From assembly GCA_964506795.1 (NCBI GenBank), contig CAZDMR010000006.1, forward strand, positions 11,275-75,274: a DNA stretch of 64,000 bases, written 5' to 3'. A program made the position numbers and the translations under genes. Positions 55,090 to 64,000 of this stretch are shown in pieces. How positions within the stretch are numbered: position 1 is the first letter of the stretch; each line of letters starts with the position of its first letter. The notes beneath the pieces were generated by a model. That model saw only the letters and a program-made list of their open reading frames with translations, was not told where the DNA came from and did no database searches. Source of the stretch: an uncultured Acidobacteriota bacterium (GTDB lineage Bacteria > Acidobacteriota > UBA6911).

Positions 55090-56379
55090 TCACCTCGATT
55101 CCTTCGGAATATAATGGTTCAAATTCTTGCCCATGTATATCTGCCTCGGACGGGCAATGCGCCCCGCGGGATCGTCACGTTGTTCTTTCCATTGCGCGAT
55201 CCACCCCGGCAGTCGTCCGATAGAGAACATGACGGGGAACATGCTCGTCGGTATGCCGATGGCGCGCATAATGATGCCGCTGTAGAAATCCACATTGGGG
55301 TACAGCTTTTTCTCGATGAAGTACGAATCCTTAAGCGCGAGGTCCTCGAGATGCAGGGCAATGTCGAGCAGCGGATCACTGGTTCCCAGCTTATCCAGCA
55401 CTTTATGGCAGGTTTTTTTCAGGATCCTGGCTCTCGGGTCATAGTTTTTGTATACGCGGTGCCCGAATCCCATGAGCCGAAAACCGCTGCTCTTGTCCTT
55501 AACCAAATCGATGTATTCCTCGACCTTCTTCTTCCCCTTTTGGATGGACTCAAGCATTTCGATAACGGCAAGGTTGGCGCCGCCGTGCAGCGGCCCCCAA
55601 AGGGCGCAGACTCCGGAGGCGCAGGCAGCGTAGAGGTTGGCCTGGCTGGAACCCACTATACGCACTGTGGATGTGCTGCAGTTCTGCTCATGATCGGCGT
55701 GCAGGATGAAAAGGAGATTCAGCGCGTCCTCGACGTCGGGATCAACTTCGAACTCCTGGTAGGGCATTGAAAACATCATATGAAGGAAATTCGCGCAGTA
55801 GCGCAGCGAAGGATTAGGGTAGATCAGCGGCAGGCCGCGCGAGCGGCGATAGGAGTATGCGGCAACGGTTCGTATCTGGCTGATGACTCGAGCGGCTGCG
55901 TCTTCGAAAGAGTTCGAATCTTCAAGCGTGAAATATTCCGGATGGAAGCAGGAGATTGCATTGATCATTGCGGAAAGCTGCGCCATGGGAGGGGCGGTGA
56001 TCGGGAATCCTTCGAAATGGTGCTTCATGCTTTCATCGAGATTCGCCGTCGCTCTGCTGACCATTCGGAAACGCAGCAAATGATCCGCCTTCGGAAGCTC
56101 GCCGAATATGATGAGCATCGCGACTTCCAGGAAGTCCGGATTCGGACGGTCGAACTCCTCGATGGGGATGCCGCGGTAACGCAGTATGCCCTTTTCGCCG
56201 TCGATAAAGGTAATAGCGCTTTTGCAGGATCCCGTATTTGCGTACCCCGGATCATACGTGATGAGCCCTGTTTGCTCCCTCAGCCTGCTGATTTCGATTG
56301 CCAGTTCGCCTTCCGTTCCTTCTATGACCGGAAGCTCCAGAATTTTGCCATTGAAATTAAGCGTTGCTTTGTGCGCCAT
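55090..56379 (-). CDS. gltA: citrate synthase (type II)
   Basis: Conserved GFGHRVYKNYDPRA and catalytic His/Asp regions. Start at MAHKATLNFNGK with GGAGG SD. Confidence 0.9.
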   Translation of the reverse strand: MAHKATLNFNGKILELPVIEGTEGELAIEISRLREQTGLITYDPGYANTGSCKSAITFIDGEKGILRYRGIPIEEFDRPNPDFLEVAMLIIFGELPKADHLLRFRMVSRATANLDESMKHHFEGFPITAPPMAQLSAMINAISCFHPEYFTLEDSNSFEDAAARVISQIRTVAAYSYRRSRGLPLIYPNPSLRYCANFLHMMFSMPYQEFEVDPDVEDALNLLFILHADHEQNCSTSTVRIVGSSQANLYAACASGVCALWGPLHGGANLAVIEMLESIQKGKKKVEEYIDLVKDKSSGFRLMGFGHRVYKNYDPRARILKKTCHKVLDKLGTSDPLLDIALHLEDLALKDSYFIEKKLYPNVDFYSGIIMRAIGIPTSMFPVMFSIGRLPGWIAQWKEQRDDPAGRIARPRQIYMGKNLNHYIPKESR

Positions 56380-56669
56380 ATATGAACCTCCCATGCAGCA
56401 TGGTGATGCGCCTGAGTTCAATATTGGTTGCCGTCTGATTGACCTAACCCGGATTCAGGTTAAACATAACGGCTGCGCACTCCCGCCGTAAAGCGGAAAA
56501 TGGATTTAAGCACTCTTTTTATATTCCGATGTCCATTCATGGTTTCCGTAAAGAGGCTTCCGCAACAACCCTCTCCTTCCCATTCAAGGCGGCCGATCTC
56601 CTTTCCCCAATCCAAGGGCCTCCGGAGAGAATCCCGGCATCCATGCGGCTGTTCCACCTATCCGTCGGT

Positions 56670-57131
56670 TTATGTCTGCCTTTTTGTTTTTTCGTGCCCG
56701 CCGGGATCCGCTTCGGAAAGTGTTCCCGCGCCGATCATGATGGTCAGTTCCAGGTGCGGCTTTTCAAATTTTTTCCAGACCAGCGGCCCGTGTTTTACGC
56801 CTTTGGGCACATAAATAGCCGACGTGCGGTTGATTACCACGGGACGGCCGTCAATGCCGATCTCAATTTCTCCGCCGAGATCTTCGGGATTTTGCGGATC
56901 CGTTCCGATATGCAATATGATTTCGTCGTAATCGTGGGTATGTTCGCCGATGTGCGGATTCGGATCGGGCATTCCCAATACCCACCCCGTCTCGATGTAC
57001 ATCTTTGCGCCCGGAACCAGATTGGAGCTCATCAGCGTCATTGCGGGGATCCGGCCTTTAACCTCCATTTTCGGCGTCACTTCATACGCGGGCTTCTGGA
57101 CCACGTATTTTTTATAATCGAATGCAGCCAT
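56670..57131 (-). CDS. cupin-domain protein
   Basis: Cupin motifs (GEHTHDYDEIILHIG ... GVKHGP). GGAGGAG SD. Confidence 0.6.
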   Translation of the reverse strand: MAAFDYKKYVVQKPAYEVTPKMEVKGRIPAMTLMSSNLVPGAKMYIETGWVLGMPDPNPHIGEHTHDYDEIILHIGTDPQNPEDLGGEIEIGIDGRPVVINRTSAIYVPKGVKHGPLVWKKFEKPHLELTIMIGAGTLSEADPGGHEKTKRQT

Positions 57132-57145
57132 TTTGTCGCTCCTCC

Positions 57146-57176
57146 TTAACCCGGATTATCCATGAAGAATCCGCGT
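57146..57176. repeat. MITE/REP-like core copy (R5)
   Basis: TTAACCCGGATTATCCATGAAGAATCCGCG lies between the cupin start and the glgP stop. Confidence 0.5.
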
Positions 57177-57202
57177 TAGAAAATCCGCCAAAGGAAAAAA
57201 CA

Positions 57203-59794
57203 CTACACGAACCGATCCGCCCAGGCTACGAGTCTCGGCTCAAATTTATTTCTCAAATCGGGGTGATGCGGCAGGATGCGCGCCGTAATTCCATGCCGGC
57301 CGCTGCCGCAGCACGAAATTTCGTCCGTTTCATATATATACCCATTTTTGTCGTGGCGGACCGGTTTCATTTCGACAATTCTGGCTCCTTCAATTTCATC
57401 GTCCGCATTCATTTGTCCCGACAAAAGCTCCACCTGAATATCCTCAGGCGCAAGGGCGCCGGTCTCGACGCGCGCCTTAAATCGGACTTTCGCCCCCACC
57501 TGGATTTCGGAAGGCAGCCCCGGATCCAACACTTCAATGCGCACCTGCGGCCAGGAGGTTCGAATGCGGTTGAGCGAGGAAGCCAGCGATTTAGCGCGGG
57601 CCGCGCCGGCGGCCGCAAGCTCGCGGCTATGGGAGTGCGAAGGCAGATAGAACCGTTCGGTGTATTCGCGAACCATTCTGTTGGTGTTGAAAAGGTGGCA
57701 CAAACTGCCGATGGAGGCCTTCATAAGCTGGATCCATCGGTGCGGCAGCCCGTCTGCGCGCCGTTCGTAGAAGGCAGGGACGACATCTCGTTCCAGAATT
57801 TCGTAAAGCGCTTCCGCTTCAACCTGATCCTGGTATTCCGGATCCGAATAGGCCTCCCCCTTGCCGATCGTCCATCCGATCACAGGACTGCCTTCGGTGC
57901 GCGACCGCTCTACTTCGTCCCACCATCCGTCCAGAGTACTCAGATTGAGCACTCCGTTGGCGATCGCCTTCATGCCGCTGGTGCCGCTGGCTTCATTGGG
58001 CCGCAGCGGCGTATTCAGCCATACGTCGACTCCCTGAACCAGATAGCGCGCGACGCTCAAATCATAATCTTCAAGGAAAACGATCCGGCGCCGGAATAAC
58101 GGATCGCGCGCAAGCGACGCAATCTGCCGGATCAGTTCCTTCCCTTCGTCATCCCGAGGGTGCGCCTTGCCTGCGAAGATAAGCTGGACGGGGCGCTGGC
58201 TGTTGTTCAGGATATCGGCAAGCCGGGCCGTATTTTTGAGCAGCAGCGTGCCTCGCTTATAAGGCGTGAACCGGCGCGCAAAGCCGATAGTCAACGCTTC
58301 TGGATCCAGGACATCGGCGGCTTCCTCGATTTCAGCCTGCGAAGCCCCCCTGCGCAGCAGCTGGGATTGAAGCCTTCTGCGCGCGAAAGTGATAAGGCGC
58401 TCTTTTCTCCTTTCGTGCGTCCGCCACAAACCTTCCGCTGAAATCGACTCAATGCGGCGCCATACGCTCTGCTCCGCGGGCTGCTCGCGCCAGCTTGGGC
58501 CGATATATCTTTCGTAGAGGTAGTTCATCTCCTGAGAAATCCAGGATTGAAAATGCACTGCATTGGTGATGTGCGTTATAGGGATCTCCTCCTCCGGCAG
58601 ATCCGGCCAGAGATCACGCCACAGGCGCCGGCTGACTTCTCCGTGCAGCTCGCTGACACCGTTGCTTGAAGAAGCCATGCGGAGGGCGAGCGTCGTCATA
58701 CAGAAATTTTCATTGGCATTTGCCGGATCCTTTCTTCCCAGCGCAAGGAACGCATCGCGTTCTATTCCCAATCTCGGAATGTATTCCGAAAAATAACGAT
58801 CCATCACTTCGGGCGGAAAGTAGTCGTGGCCGGCGGCTACCGGGGTGTGCGTTGTAAAGACCAAGGAAGCCGAAGCGAGCTGCGTCGCCTCGGCAAACGA
58901 CAGCCCATGCTGTTCCATGAGGCGCCGCGTCAACTCAAGGGAGACGAAGGCGGAGTGCCCCTCATTCATGTGAAACACGCTTGGGTGGATGTTCAAAGCT
59001 TCCAGTATTCGGAATCCTCCGATCCCCAGGAGGATTTCTTGGCGGATGCGGTTGTCGAGATCCCCCCCGTAAAGCTGGTCGGTGATGTCTCTGTCCGCTC
59101 CGATACTGTTGGCCGGAATATTGGTATCGAGCAGATAAAGCCGGATTCTCCCCACCTGCGCGCGCCATACCTGGGCCACGACTTTGTTTTTAGGATAGAA
59201 AACATCGATGGTCAGCGGCTCTCCGTCGGCTCCCCGTTCAAGGAGCAAGGGAAGCGTGTGGAAATCATTGTCCTCGTAAACTTCCTGTTGCCACCCCGCC
59301 GAGTTCAAATATTGCCGGAAGTAACCCTGCTGATACAGCAGTCCGACGCCGACCAAGGGGATTCCAAGGTCGCTGGCGGATTTCAGGTGATCGCCCGACA
59401 GGATGCCCAATCCCCCGGCAAATATCGACAAGCACTCCGTCAAGCCGAATTCCGCGGAAAAATATGCAATCATGGGACCGTCCGTCGGGCGGTGCGTCTT
59501 GCGGAACCAGCTTGCCGCACTTTTCATATAGGCGTCGTAATCTTCGATCACGCGTTCGAAATGAGCCAGGAACGATTCATCCTCGGCCATCTCCTCCAGC
59601 TTTCCCTGATCGAGTAATCCGATCATTTTTACGGGATTATGGCCGCTCGATTCCCATAGGTCGCTGTCCAGACGGCGGAAAAGCGCGATTGTATCCTGGT
59701 TCCAAGACCAGCGGAGGTTATAGGCCAAATCGCGCAGGCGCTTGATGGATTCCGGAAGCTTGGGAATTACGGTGTATGTATGAATCGGCTTCAT
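57203..59794 (-). CDS. glgP: alpha-glucan (glycogen/maltodextrin) phosphorylase, GT35
   Basis: 863-aa protein with GT35 signature regions including the PLP-lysine segment (EASGTSGMKAIANG). Confidence 0.9.
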   Translation of the reverse strand: MKPIHTYTVIPKLPESIKRLRDLAYNLRWSWNQDTIALFRRLDSDLWESSGHNPVKMIGLLDQGKLEEMAEDESFLAHFERVIEDYDAYMKSAASWFRKTHRPTDGPMIAYFSAEFGLTECLSIFAGGLGILSGDHLKSASDLGIPLVGVGLLYQQGYFRQYLNSAGWQQEVYEDNDFHTLPLLLERGADGEPLTIDVFYPKNKVVAQVWRAQVGRIRLYLLDTNIPANSIGADRDITDQLYGGDLDNRIRQEILLGIGGFRILEALNIHPSVFHMNEGHSAFVSLELTRRLMEQHGLSFAEATQLASASLVFTTHTPVAAGHDYFPPEVMDRYFSEYIPRLGIERDAFLALGRKDPANANENFCMTTLALRMASSSNGVSELHGEVSRRLWRDLWPDLPEEEIPITHITNAVHFQSWISQEMNYLYERYIGPSWREQPAEQSVWRRIESISAEGLWRTHERRKERLITFARRRLQSQLLRRGASQAEIEEAADVLDPEALTIGFARRFTPYKRGTLLLKNTARLADILNNSQRPVQLIFAGKAHPRDDEGKELIRQIASLARDPLFRRRIVFLEDYDLSVARYLVQGVDVWLNTPLRPNEASGTSGMKAIANGVLNLSTLDGWWDEVERSRTEGSPVIGWTIGKGEAYSDPEYQDQVEAEALYEILERDVVPAFYERRADGLPHRWIQLMKASIGSLCHLFNTNRMVREYTERFYLPSHSHSRELAAAGAARAKSLASSLNRIRTSWPQVRIEVLDPGLPSEIQVGAKVRFKARVETGALAPEDIQVELLSGQMNADDEIEGARIVEMKPVRHDKNGYIYETDEISCCGSGRHGITARILPHHPDLRNKFEPRLVAWADRFV

Positions 59795-59956
59795 AGTTCA
59801 GTCCCCCCATAGGACGGAGTTTGCGTAGTTCTTTTATTGCTCGGACAGGCTTCGAGCGGGCGCTCCCGCCGGCAGCCGATTATATCGCCAATCGCGATTC
59901 ATTTGCATTATAAGGTCTGGGAGCCTATTTGGACGCGGCATTGATGCTATAGTGTC

Positions 59957-60085
59957 CCCGAATTATTCATGAAGGTTCGCTGCGAGGAAGCGCAGACGGG
60001 TACGAATGCGAGACGCGCGGCGGCAGGATCCCGCAGCCGCCCTTGACAGTAACTCAAGGAATCCGGCCGAGCGCAACGCAGCCGA
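59957..60085. repeat. MITE-like element, 5' portion (R3)
   Basis: CCCCGAATTATTCATGAAGGTTCGCTGCGAGGAAGCGCAG... and the internal block GAGCGCAACGCAG are shared with R2. No right terminal repeat. Confidence 0.5.
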
Positions 60086-60104
60086 TCCAGAGAAAGCTGA
60101 AAAA

Positions 60105-60830
60105 ATGAATGCCGAAAGAAAACGGCCCGAGGCCGACGCCATCCGCGCCGAATTGAGGTCCCTCGCCGATCCCGCGAGAGCCGTGATTTCCTCGCGTTTT
60201 TTCAAGACAGGGCCGGGAGATTACGGAGAGAGGGATCGGTTCCTCGGGGTGTCGACACCCGCAATCCGAAAGCTCGCAAAGGCCCGCATCCATGCCGCAA
60301 GCAAAGAAGTGCAGGCACTGCTTCGGTCCGAGTATCACGAAGAACGGCTTGCCGCCCTGCTTATCCTCGTCGAGCAGTACCGGCGGGGCGATGCATCCCG
60401 CAGAAAAGCCGTTCGCAATCTTTATCTCGGCTCCACTTCATATATCAACAGCTGGGACCTGGTAGACGTCACCGCGCCTCACATCGTGGGCGGCTATGCG
60501 TTCGAGGAGCATTCGCCTGTGCCGACCGAATTGGCCCTTTCCCCAAACCTATGGGAGCGCCGGATTGCAATAGTGGCAACCCATTATTTCATCCGGCGGG
60601 GAGACAGCAGCGAAACGTTCCGCATTGCGGGCCTGCTGCTCCGCGATTCCGAGGACTTGATCCATAAGGCCGTCGGATGGATGCTGCGCGAAGCGGGGAA
60701 ACACTGCTCGTTAAAAACGGAATGCAGATTTCTGGACGCCCACGCGGCGCGAATGCCGCGGACAATGCTTCGCTATGCGGTCGAACGTTTTCCGGATCGT
60801 TTGAGGCTGAAGTACCTGAACCGAAAATAG
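60105..60830 (+). CDS. DNA alkylation repair enzyme-like HEAT-repeat protein (AlkD/AlkC family-like)
   Basis: AlkD-like helical repeat pattern (WDLVD...; KAVGWMLRE). Start MNAERKRPEA; the longer upstream ORF overlaps the MITE. Confidence 0.55.
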   Translation: MNAERKRPEADAIRAELRSLADPARAVISSRFFKTGPGDYGERDRFLGVSTPAIRKLAKARIHAASKEVQALLRSEYHEERLAALLILVEQYRRGDASRRKAVRNLYLGSTSYINSWDLVDVTAPHIVGGYAFEEHSPVPTELALSPNLWERRIAIVATHYFIRRGDSSETFRIAGLLLRDSEDLIHKAVGWMLREAGKHCSLKTECRFLDAHAARMPRTMLRYAVERFPDRLRLKYLNRK

Positions 60831-60869
60831 TGCGGTCGCTTTTCCGTTTCTGTGATAGGAGGATACGCC

Positions 60870-62189
60870 ATGCTGCAAAGGTTATTCCGGCTTGAAGAGA
60901 ACCATACAAATGTGAAGACAGAAATCCTGGCCGGCGCCACAACCTTTATGACGCTGTCCTATATTATTTTCGTGCAGCCCACGGTGCTTTCGGCCTGCGG
61001 CATGGATTTCGGTGCCGTATTGTTTGCAACCTGCATTGCAAGCGCCGCCGCCACCTTTTTGATGGGCATCTATGCAAATTATCCCATCGCTCTGGCTCCC
61101 GGAATGGGACAGAACTTCTTTTTTGCCTATACAGTAGTTCTCGGGATGGGGATCCCATGGGAAAAGGCGCTCGGCGCCGTATTTATTTCCGGCGCACTGT
61201 TCTTGTTTCTTTCTTTTTTCGGCCTCCGGGAAAAGCTCATCGACGGCATTCCCGATTCCCTAAAGGAAGCGATTGCCATCGGCCTCGGCCTTTTTATAGC
61301 CATGATAGGATTTCAGTGGTCCGGCGTAGTCGTTGCGGCTTCCGGAAGCCTCGTCGGCCTCGGCTCTCTAAAAAGCGCTCCGGTGCTGCTTTCTCTTTTC
61401 GGCCTTCTTTTTACCGTGATTCTTATTGCAGCCCGCGTCCGTGGCGCCCTTCTTTGGGGCATCCTGGCGATGGCGCTGGCCGGCCTTCCTTTCGGAATCG
61501 TCCATTACCACGGAATCGTGGGCCCGGTCCCGTCCATGATGCCGACGCTGCTGAAGCTCGACATACCGGGAGCTTTCAATATCGGACTCGTCGGCGTTAT
61601 TTTCGTTTTCTTCTTTCTGGCGCTTTTCGATTCTGTCGGCACCCTGATCGGCGTCAGCGGCCGCGCCGGCCTCCTCGTGAACGGGAAACTGCCTCGGGCG
61701 CGCCAAGCTCTTGCAGCCGACGCCTTCGGTTCGGTTTCGGGCGCTCTGCTTGGAACTTCCACCATCACCGCTTATGTGGAAAGCGCTGCCGGAGTTGCGG
61801 AGGGAGGGCGAACCGGCCTGGCCAACATGGTTACCGGTCTCCTGATGCTGGCGGCGCTGGGTTTGTATCCCTTATCCCGTATGATCGGCGACGGCTATCA
61901 GCTGGCCAACGGCTCTCAGATTTACCCCGTGGTCGCACCCGCCCTGATTGTGGTCGGAAGCATGATGCTGCGGAACATCGGCCGGATACGCTGGGAGGAT
62001 ACGACCGACTCCATACCCGCATTCCTGACGATGGTGATAATGCCCTTTACCTTCAGCATCACAGAAGGTATCGCATTCGGCTTCATTTCCTGTTCGCTGC
62101 TTAAGCTTGTTACCGGCAGGGCAAAGGAAGTGCACGGCTTGGTCCATCTCTTCGCCGCCCTTTTCGTGCTCCGCTATATGCTTCTCTAA
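60870..62189 (+). CDS. NCS2-family nucleobase permease (AzgA/xanthine-uracil permease-like)
   Basis: 12-14 TM helices with the NCS2 signature regions. Start MLQRLFRLEENH. Confidence 0.8.
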   Translation: MLQRLFRLEENHTNVKTEILAGATTFMTLSYIIFVQPTVLSACGMDFGAVLFATCIASAAATFLMGIYANYPIALAPGMGQNFFFAYTVVLGMGIPWEKALGAVFISGALFLFLSFFGLREKLIDGIPDSLKEAIAIGLGLFIAMIGFQWSGVVVAASGSLVGLGSLKSAPVLLSLFGLLFTVILIAARVRGALLWGILAMALAGLPFGIVHYHGIVGPVPSMMPTLLKLDIPGAFNIGLVGVIFVFFFLALFDSVGTLIGVSGRAGLLVNGKLPRARQALAADAFGSVSGALLGTSTITAYVESAAGVAEGGRTGLANMVTGLLMLAALGLYPLSRMIGDGYQLANGSQIYPVVAPALIVVGSMMLRNIGRIRWEDTTDSIPAFLTMVIMPFTFSITEGIAFGFISCSLLKLVTGRAKEVHGLVHLFAALFVLRYMLL

Positions 62190-62204
62190 TCCGTTTAAAG
62201 CCGA

Positions 62205-62987
62205 TCAGTCGTAAACAAAGATCTTGTTGAACACGAGAAGCATCAGAGAAGAGACCGCCTCCCCGTTTTCACTGGCCGGCCGGCATCGCGCGATCGTGAT
62301 CATCTCGTTGAAATTATTCAGGAGTGTCTCGTCCTCAGGATGATCCAAAACATATTGAATCTTAGCCGAACCGTTTCTATCCACTTCTGTTACGACGGAA
62401 AAGGCGTCGTCTTTCCCCCCTTGGGCGACGTTTTGGCCGTAATACAAAAAGTAAAGATCGTTGATTGCAGGATCGCTTTTCAGCGCCGGCGCCTTGTGCG
62501 CTTTAGCCGAAAACCACCTGAGCCTTGATAGAAGATTCTGGCCGGCCTGAAGCTGGACGTAGTTCTGGGCCAGAGCGCTCCATTCGTTTGCCGCGGCGCT
62601 TGCATGATTATAGGAAGGCGAAATAGAGACAGCGATCAGAATGAAGAAAATGCAGGCCATGACGGTCCCCGCGGCTCTGGTTAGATACCATCGGCTTTCG
62701 GTCGTCCGGATCAGGGACCACCGACGCTCAAGTTCGTTGCGCAGCCGGACGCTTCCGCGATCCCGGGATATACTCGTCAGCCGGCTTTGAACCAAAGTAT
62801 GAAGATATTCCGGCGCTTGTGCTCTATCGAGAGAGTTCAATTTATCGTGAAGAGCTGAAATGGCGTTGAACTCCCTCCGGCAACGGAGGCACCGGCTGAG
62901 ATGCTGGGACACCTGGACGGCAGTATCCGCATCGAGGGCTCCGTCACAATACTCCGACAAAAGCGGCAACACCTTCTTACATAACAT
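62205..62987 (-). CDS. anti-sigma factor with zinc-finger (zf-HC2) N-terminal domain and one TM
   Basis: HLSRCLRCRREF matches the HxxxCxxC anti-sigma zinc motif. Immediately downstream of an ECF sigma gene. Confidence 0.7.
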   Translation of the reverse strand: MLCKKVLPLLSEYCDGALDADTAVQVSQHLSRCLRCRREFNAISALHDKLNSLDRAQAPEYLHTLVQSRLTSISRDRGSVRLRNELERRWSLIRTTESRWYLTRAAGTVMACIFFILIAVSISPSYNHASAAANEWSALAQNYVQLQAGQNLLSRLRWFSAKAHKAPALKSDPAINDLYFLYYGQNVAQGGKDDAFSVVTEVDRNGSAKIQYVLDHPEDETLLNNFNEMITIARCRPASENGEAVSSLMLLVFNKIFVYD

Positions 62988-63005
62988 GGCAACCCCTGCC
63001 TTCGC

Positions 63006-63674
63006 TCACAGCGCCCGGATATGGCGCTTGAGCGTTTCTCTTCCTCTGGCAATCCGCGACTTCACGGTTCCGAGAGACACCCTCATGGATTCGGCGATTT
63101 CCTCATAGGATAATTCCTCAACATCCCGCATGATCACTGCGACTCTCTGCTGCAACGGTAGTTCCTGCAGCAAACGCTCAACCTCTCTCTTTTCTTCAGT
63201 CAGAAGAAGGGCCTCTTCAGGATTTCGAATGCCGGATTTAAGGTTATAGAAAAGCTCGTTGTTAGCGCCGTTGGACATACGATCATCCAGCGAAACCGTA
63301 CCTTTACGCCTAAACCGGTTCCACCAGCGGCACCTGTTTGCCGCATGGTGAACGGCGATACGATAAATCCATGTTTTCAGGGAAGATTCTCCTCTAAAGC
63401 TATTCATCTTGCGGTAGATCGTAAGGAAAATTTCCTGCGATACATCCAGCGCCTCTTCGCGGTCTCCCAAGATTCTTAGAACCAGGCTGAAAACCATTGA
63501 ACTGTAATTCTCAAATAGCTGCTCAAAGGTAAGATCCACCCTTGAGTCAGCCCGTTCAAAGGCGGATTCTTTTCTCACTACACTGTCTTCTTCAAACAGT
63601 GCTAATTCATCAGGATACATAATCCAATCCACGGTTTTGCCGATGCGAAACTCGTGTTCCTTTATTTCAGACAT
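63006..63674 (-). CDS. ECF sigma factor (RpoE-like)
   Basis: Region 2 (FENYSSMVFSLVLRILGDREEALDVSQEIFL) and region 4 (VIMRDVEELSYEEIAESMRVSLGTVKSR). The N-terminal start is uncertain (M1 or M19). Confidence 0.8.
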   Translation of the reverse strand: MSEIKEHEFRIGKTVDWIMYPDELALFEEDSVVRKESAFERADSRVDLTFEQLFENYSSMVFSLVLRILGDREEALDVSQEIFLTIYRKMNSFRGESSLKTWIYRIAVHHAANRCRWWNRFRRKGTVSLDDRMSNGANNELFYNLKSGIRNPEEALLLTEEKREVERLLQELPLQQRVAVIMRDVEELSYEEIAESMRVSLGTVKSRIARGRETLKRHIRAL

Positions 63675-63702
63675 TTTTATGAAGCAAAAAGTTCCATTTT
63701 TA

Positions 63703-63990
63703 TTAGGCCGGCGGGAGGGACGGGTTTGGCACGGCCGTCAGCTCGTTCAATTCCTCTCGCGTCAGCTGCTGCACCTTTTCCAGGAGCCTGGAAATCCGCA
63801 GCAAAGTATCCATTTCGCTTTTGCGGTCAGGAGCCGCCGATAAAAGGGCTTGAAAACGCTTTTTCAACAAGATTTCATCGGTTCCCGCGGGGGCTTTCTG
63901 AATCAGCGATTGTTCGACAACATGACGAATCATTAAGGGAGAATAATATCGCGCCGCTCCATAAAAGCATAAGGCAAAAGCAAAAACCAC
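63703..63990 (-). CDS. hypothetical protein (may extend past the window end)
   Basis: ORF co-oriented upstream of the ECF sigma. No recognisable motif. Confidence 0.3.
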   Translation of the reverse strand: MVFAFALCFYGAARYYSPLMIRHVVEQSLIQKAPAGTDEILLKKRFQALLSAAPDRKSEMDTLLRISRLLEKVQQLTREELNELTAVPNPSLPPA

Positions 63991-64000
63991 TATCAGGACC

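Noticed and set aside
57122-59617. Plus-strand ORFs (325 aa, 263 aa) inside glgP
   Set aside because: They are antisense to glycogen phosphorylase.
61157-62104. 315-aa alternative-frame ORF inside the NCS2 permease gene
   Set aside because: Arg/Pro-rich frame-shifted artefact, whereas the permease frame has a coherent TM pattern.

Overview
This 64-kb window is GC-rich (~58%) bacterial chromosome. Gene content (ECF sigma/Ser-Thr kinase pair, GtrA-family protein, alpha-2-macroglobulin/PbpC operon, KaiBC) suggests an Acidobacteria-like or delta-proteobacterial-like soil/sediment lineage, but the taxon is uncertain. Coding density is high, and I support about 48 CDSs. Grouped by position, they are as follows. 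(i) 1-7.3 kb: a short-chain acyl-CoA island with a FadB-like dehydrogenase/hydratase, a thiolase, an ADP-forming acyl-CoA synthetase and CoA-transferase subunits A and B. (ii) 8.4-10.5 kb: a translationally coupled ECF sigma factor and Ser/Thr kinase. (iii) 10.6-22.8 kb: an envelope, lipid and compatible-solute locus. It holds a GtrA fusion, a CDP-alcohol phosphatidyltransferase, MsrA, a B12-binding radical SAM protein, a GT2 glycosyltransferase, a mannose-1-phosphate guanylyltransferase, a PAP2 phosphatase, threonine aldolase and a fused mannosyl-3-phosphoglycerate synthase/phosphatase. (iv) 23.2-25.1 kb: a radical SAM gene and a single-domain KaiC/RecA-like protein with a degenerate P-loop, followed by a 1.1-kb region with no convincing gene. 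(v) 26.2-28.7 kb: small envelope proteins (GlsB, a lipoprotein, LysM, a phosphodiester glycosidase). (vi) 28.6-29.5 kb: a decayed, internally deleted second copy of the 3' part of the A2M-pbpC operon. (vii) 29.6-37.2 kb: kaiC-kaiB-kaiB, a PAS histidine kinase, a Lon-like AAA+ protease and a tandem USP. This cluster is my best candidate for an under-described stress/timing module. (viii) 38.0-46.0 kb: the intact pbpC and 1944-aa alpha-2-macroglobulin operon. (ix) 46.1-64 kb: a MOP-like molybdo-aldehyde oxidoreductase, a Spy/CpxP-like protein with a two-component system, a LysE exporter, a Gly/Met-rich secreted protein, citrate synthase, a cupin, glycogen phosphorylase, an AlkD-like protein, an NCS2 permease and an ECF sigma/anti-sigma pair. 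A dispersed MITE/REP-like repeat family with core TTAACCCGGATTATTCATGA has at least 8 copies in the window, one of them a complete 183-bp element with terminal inverted repeats. I found no tRNA, rRNA or CRISPR array.
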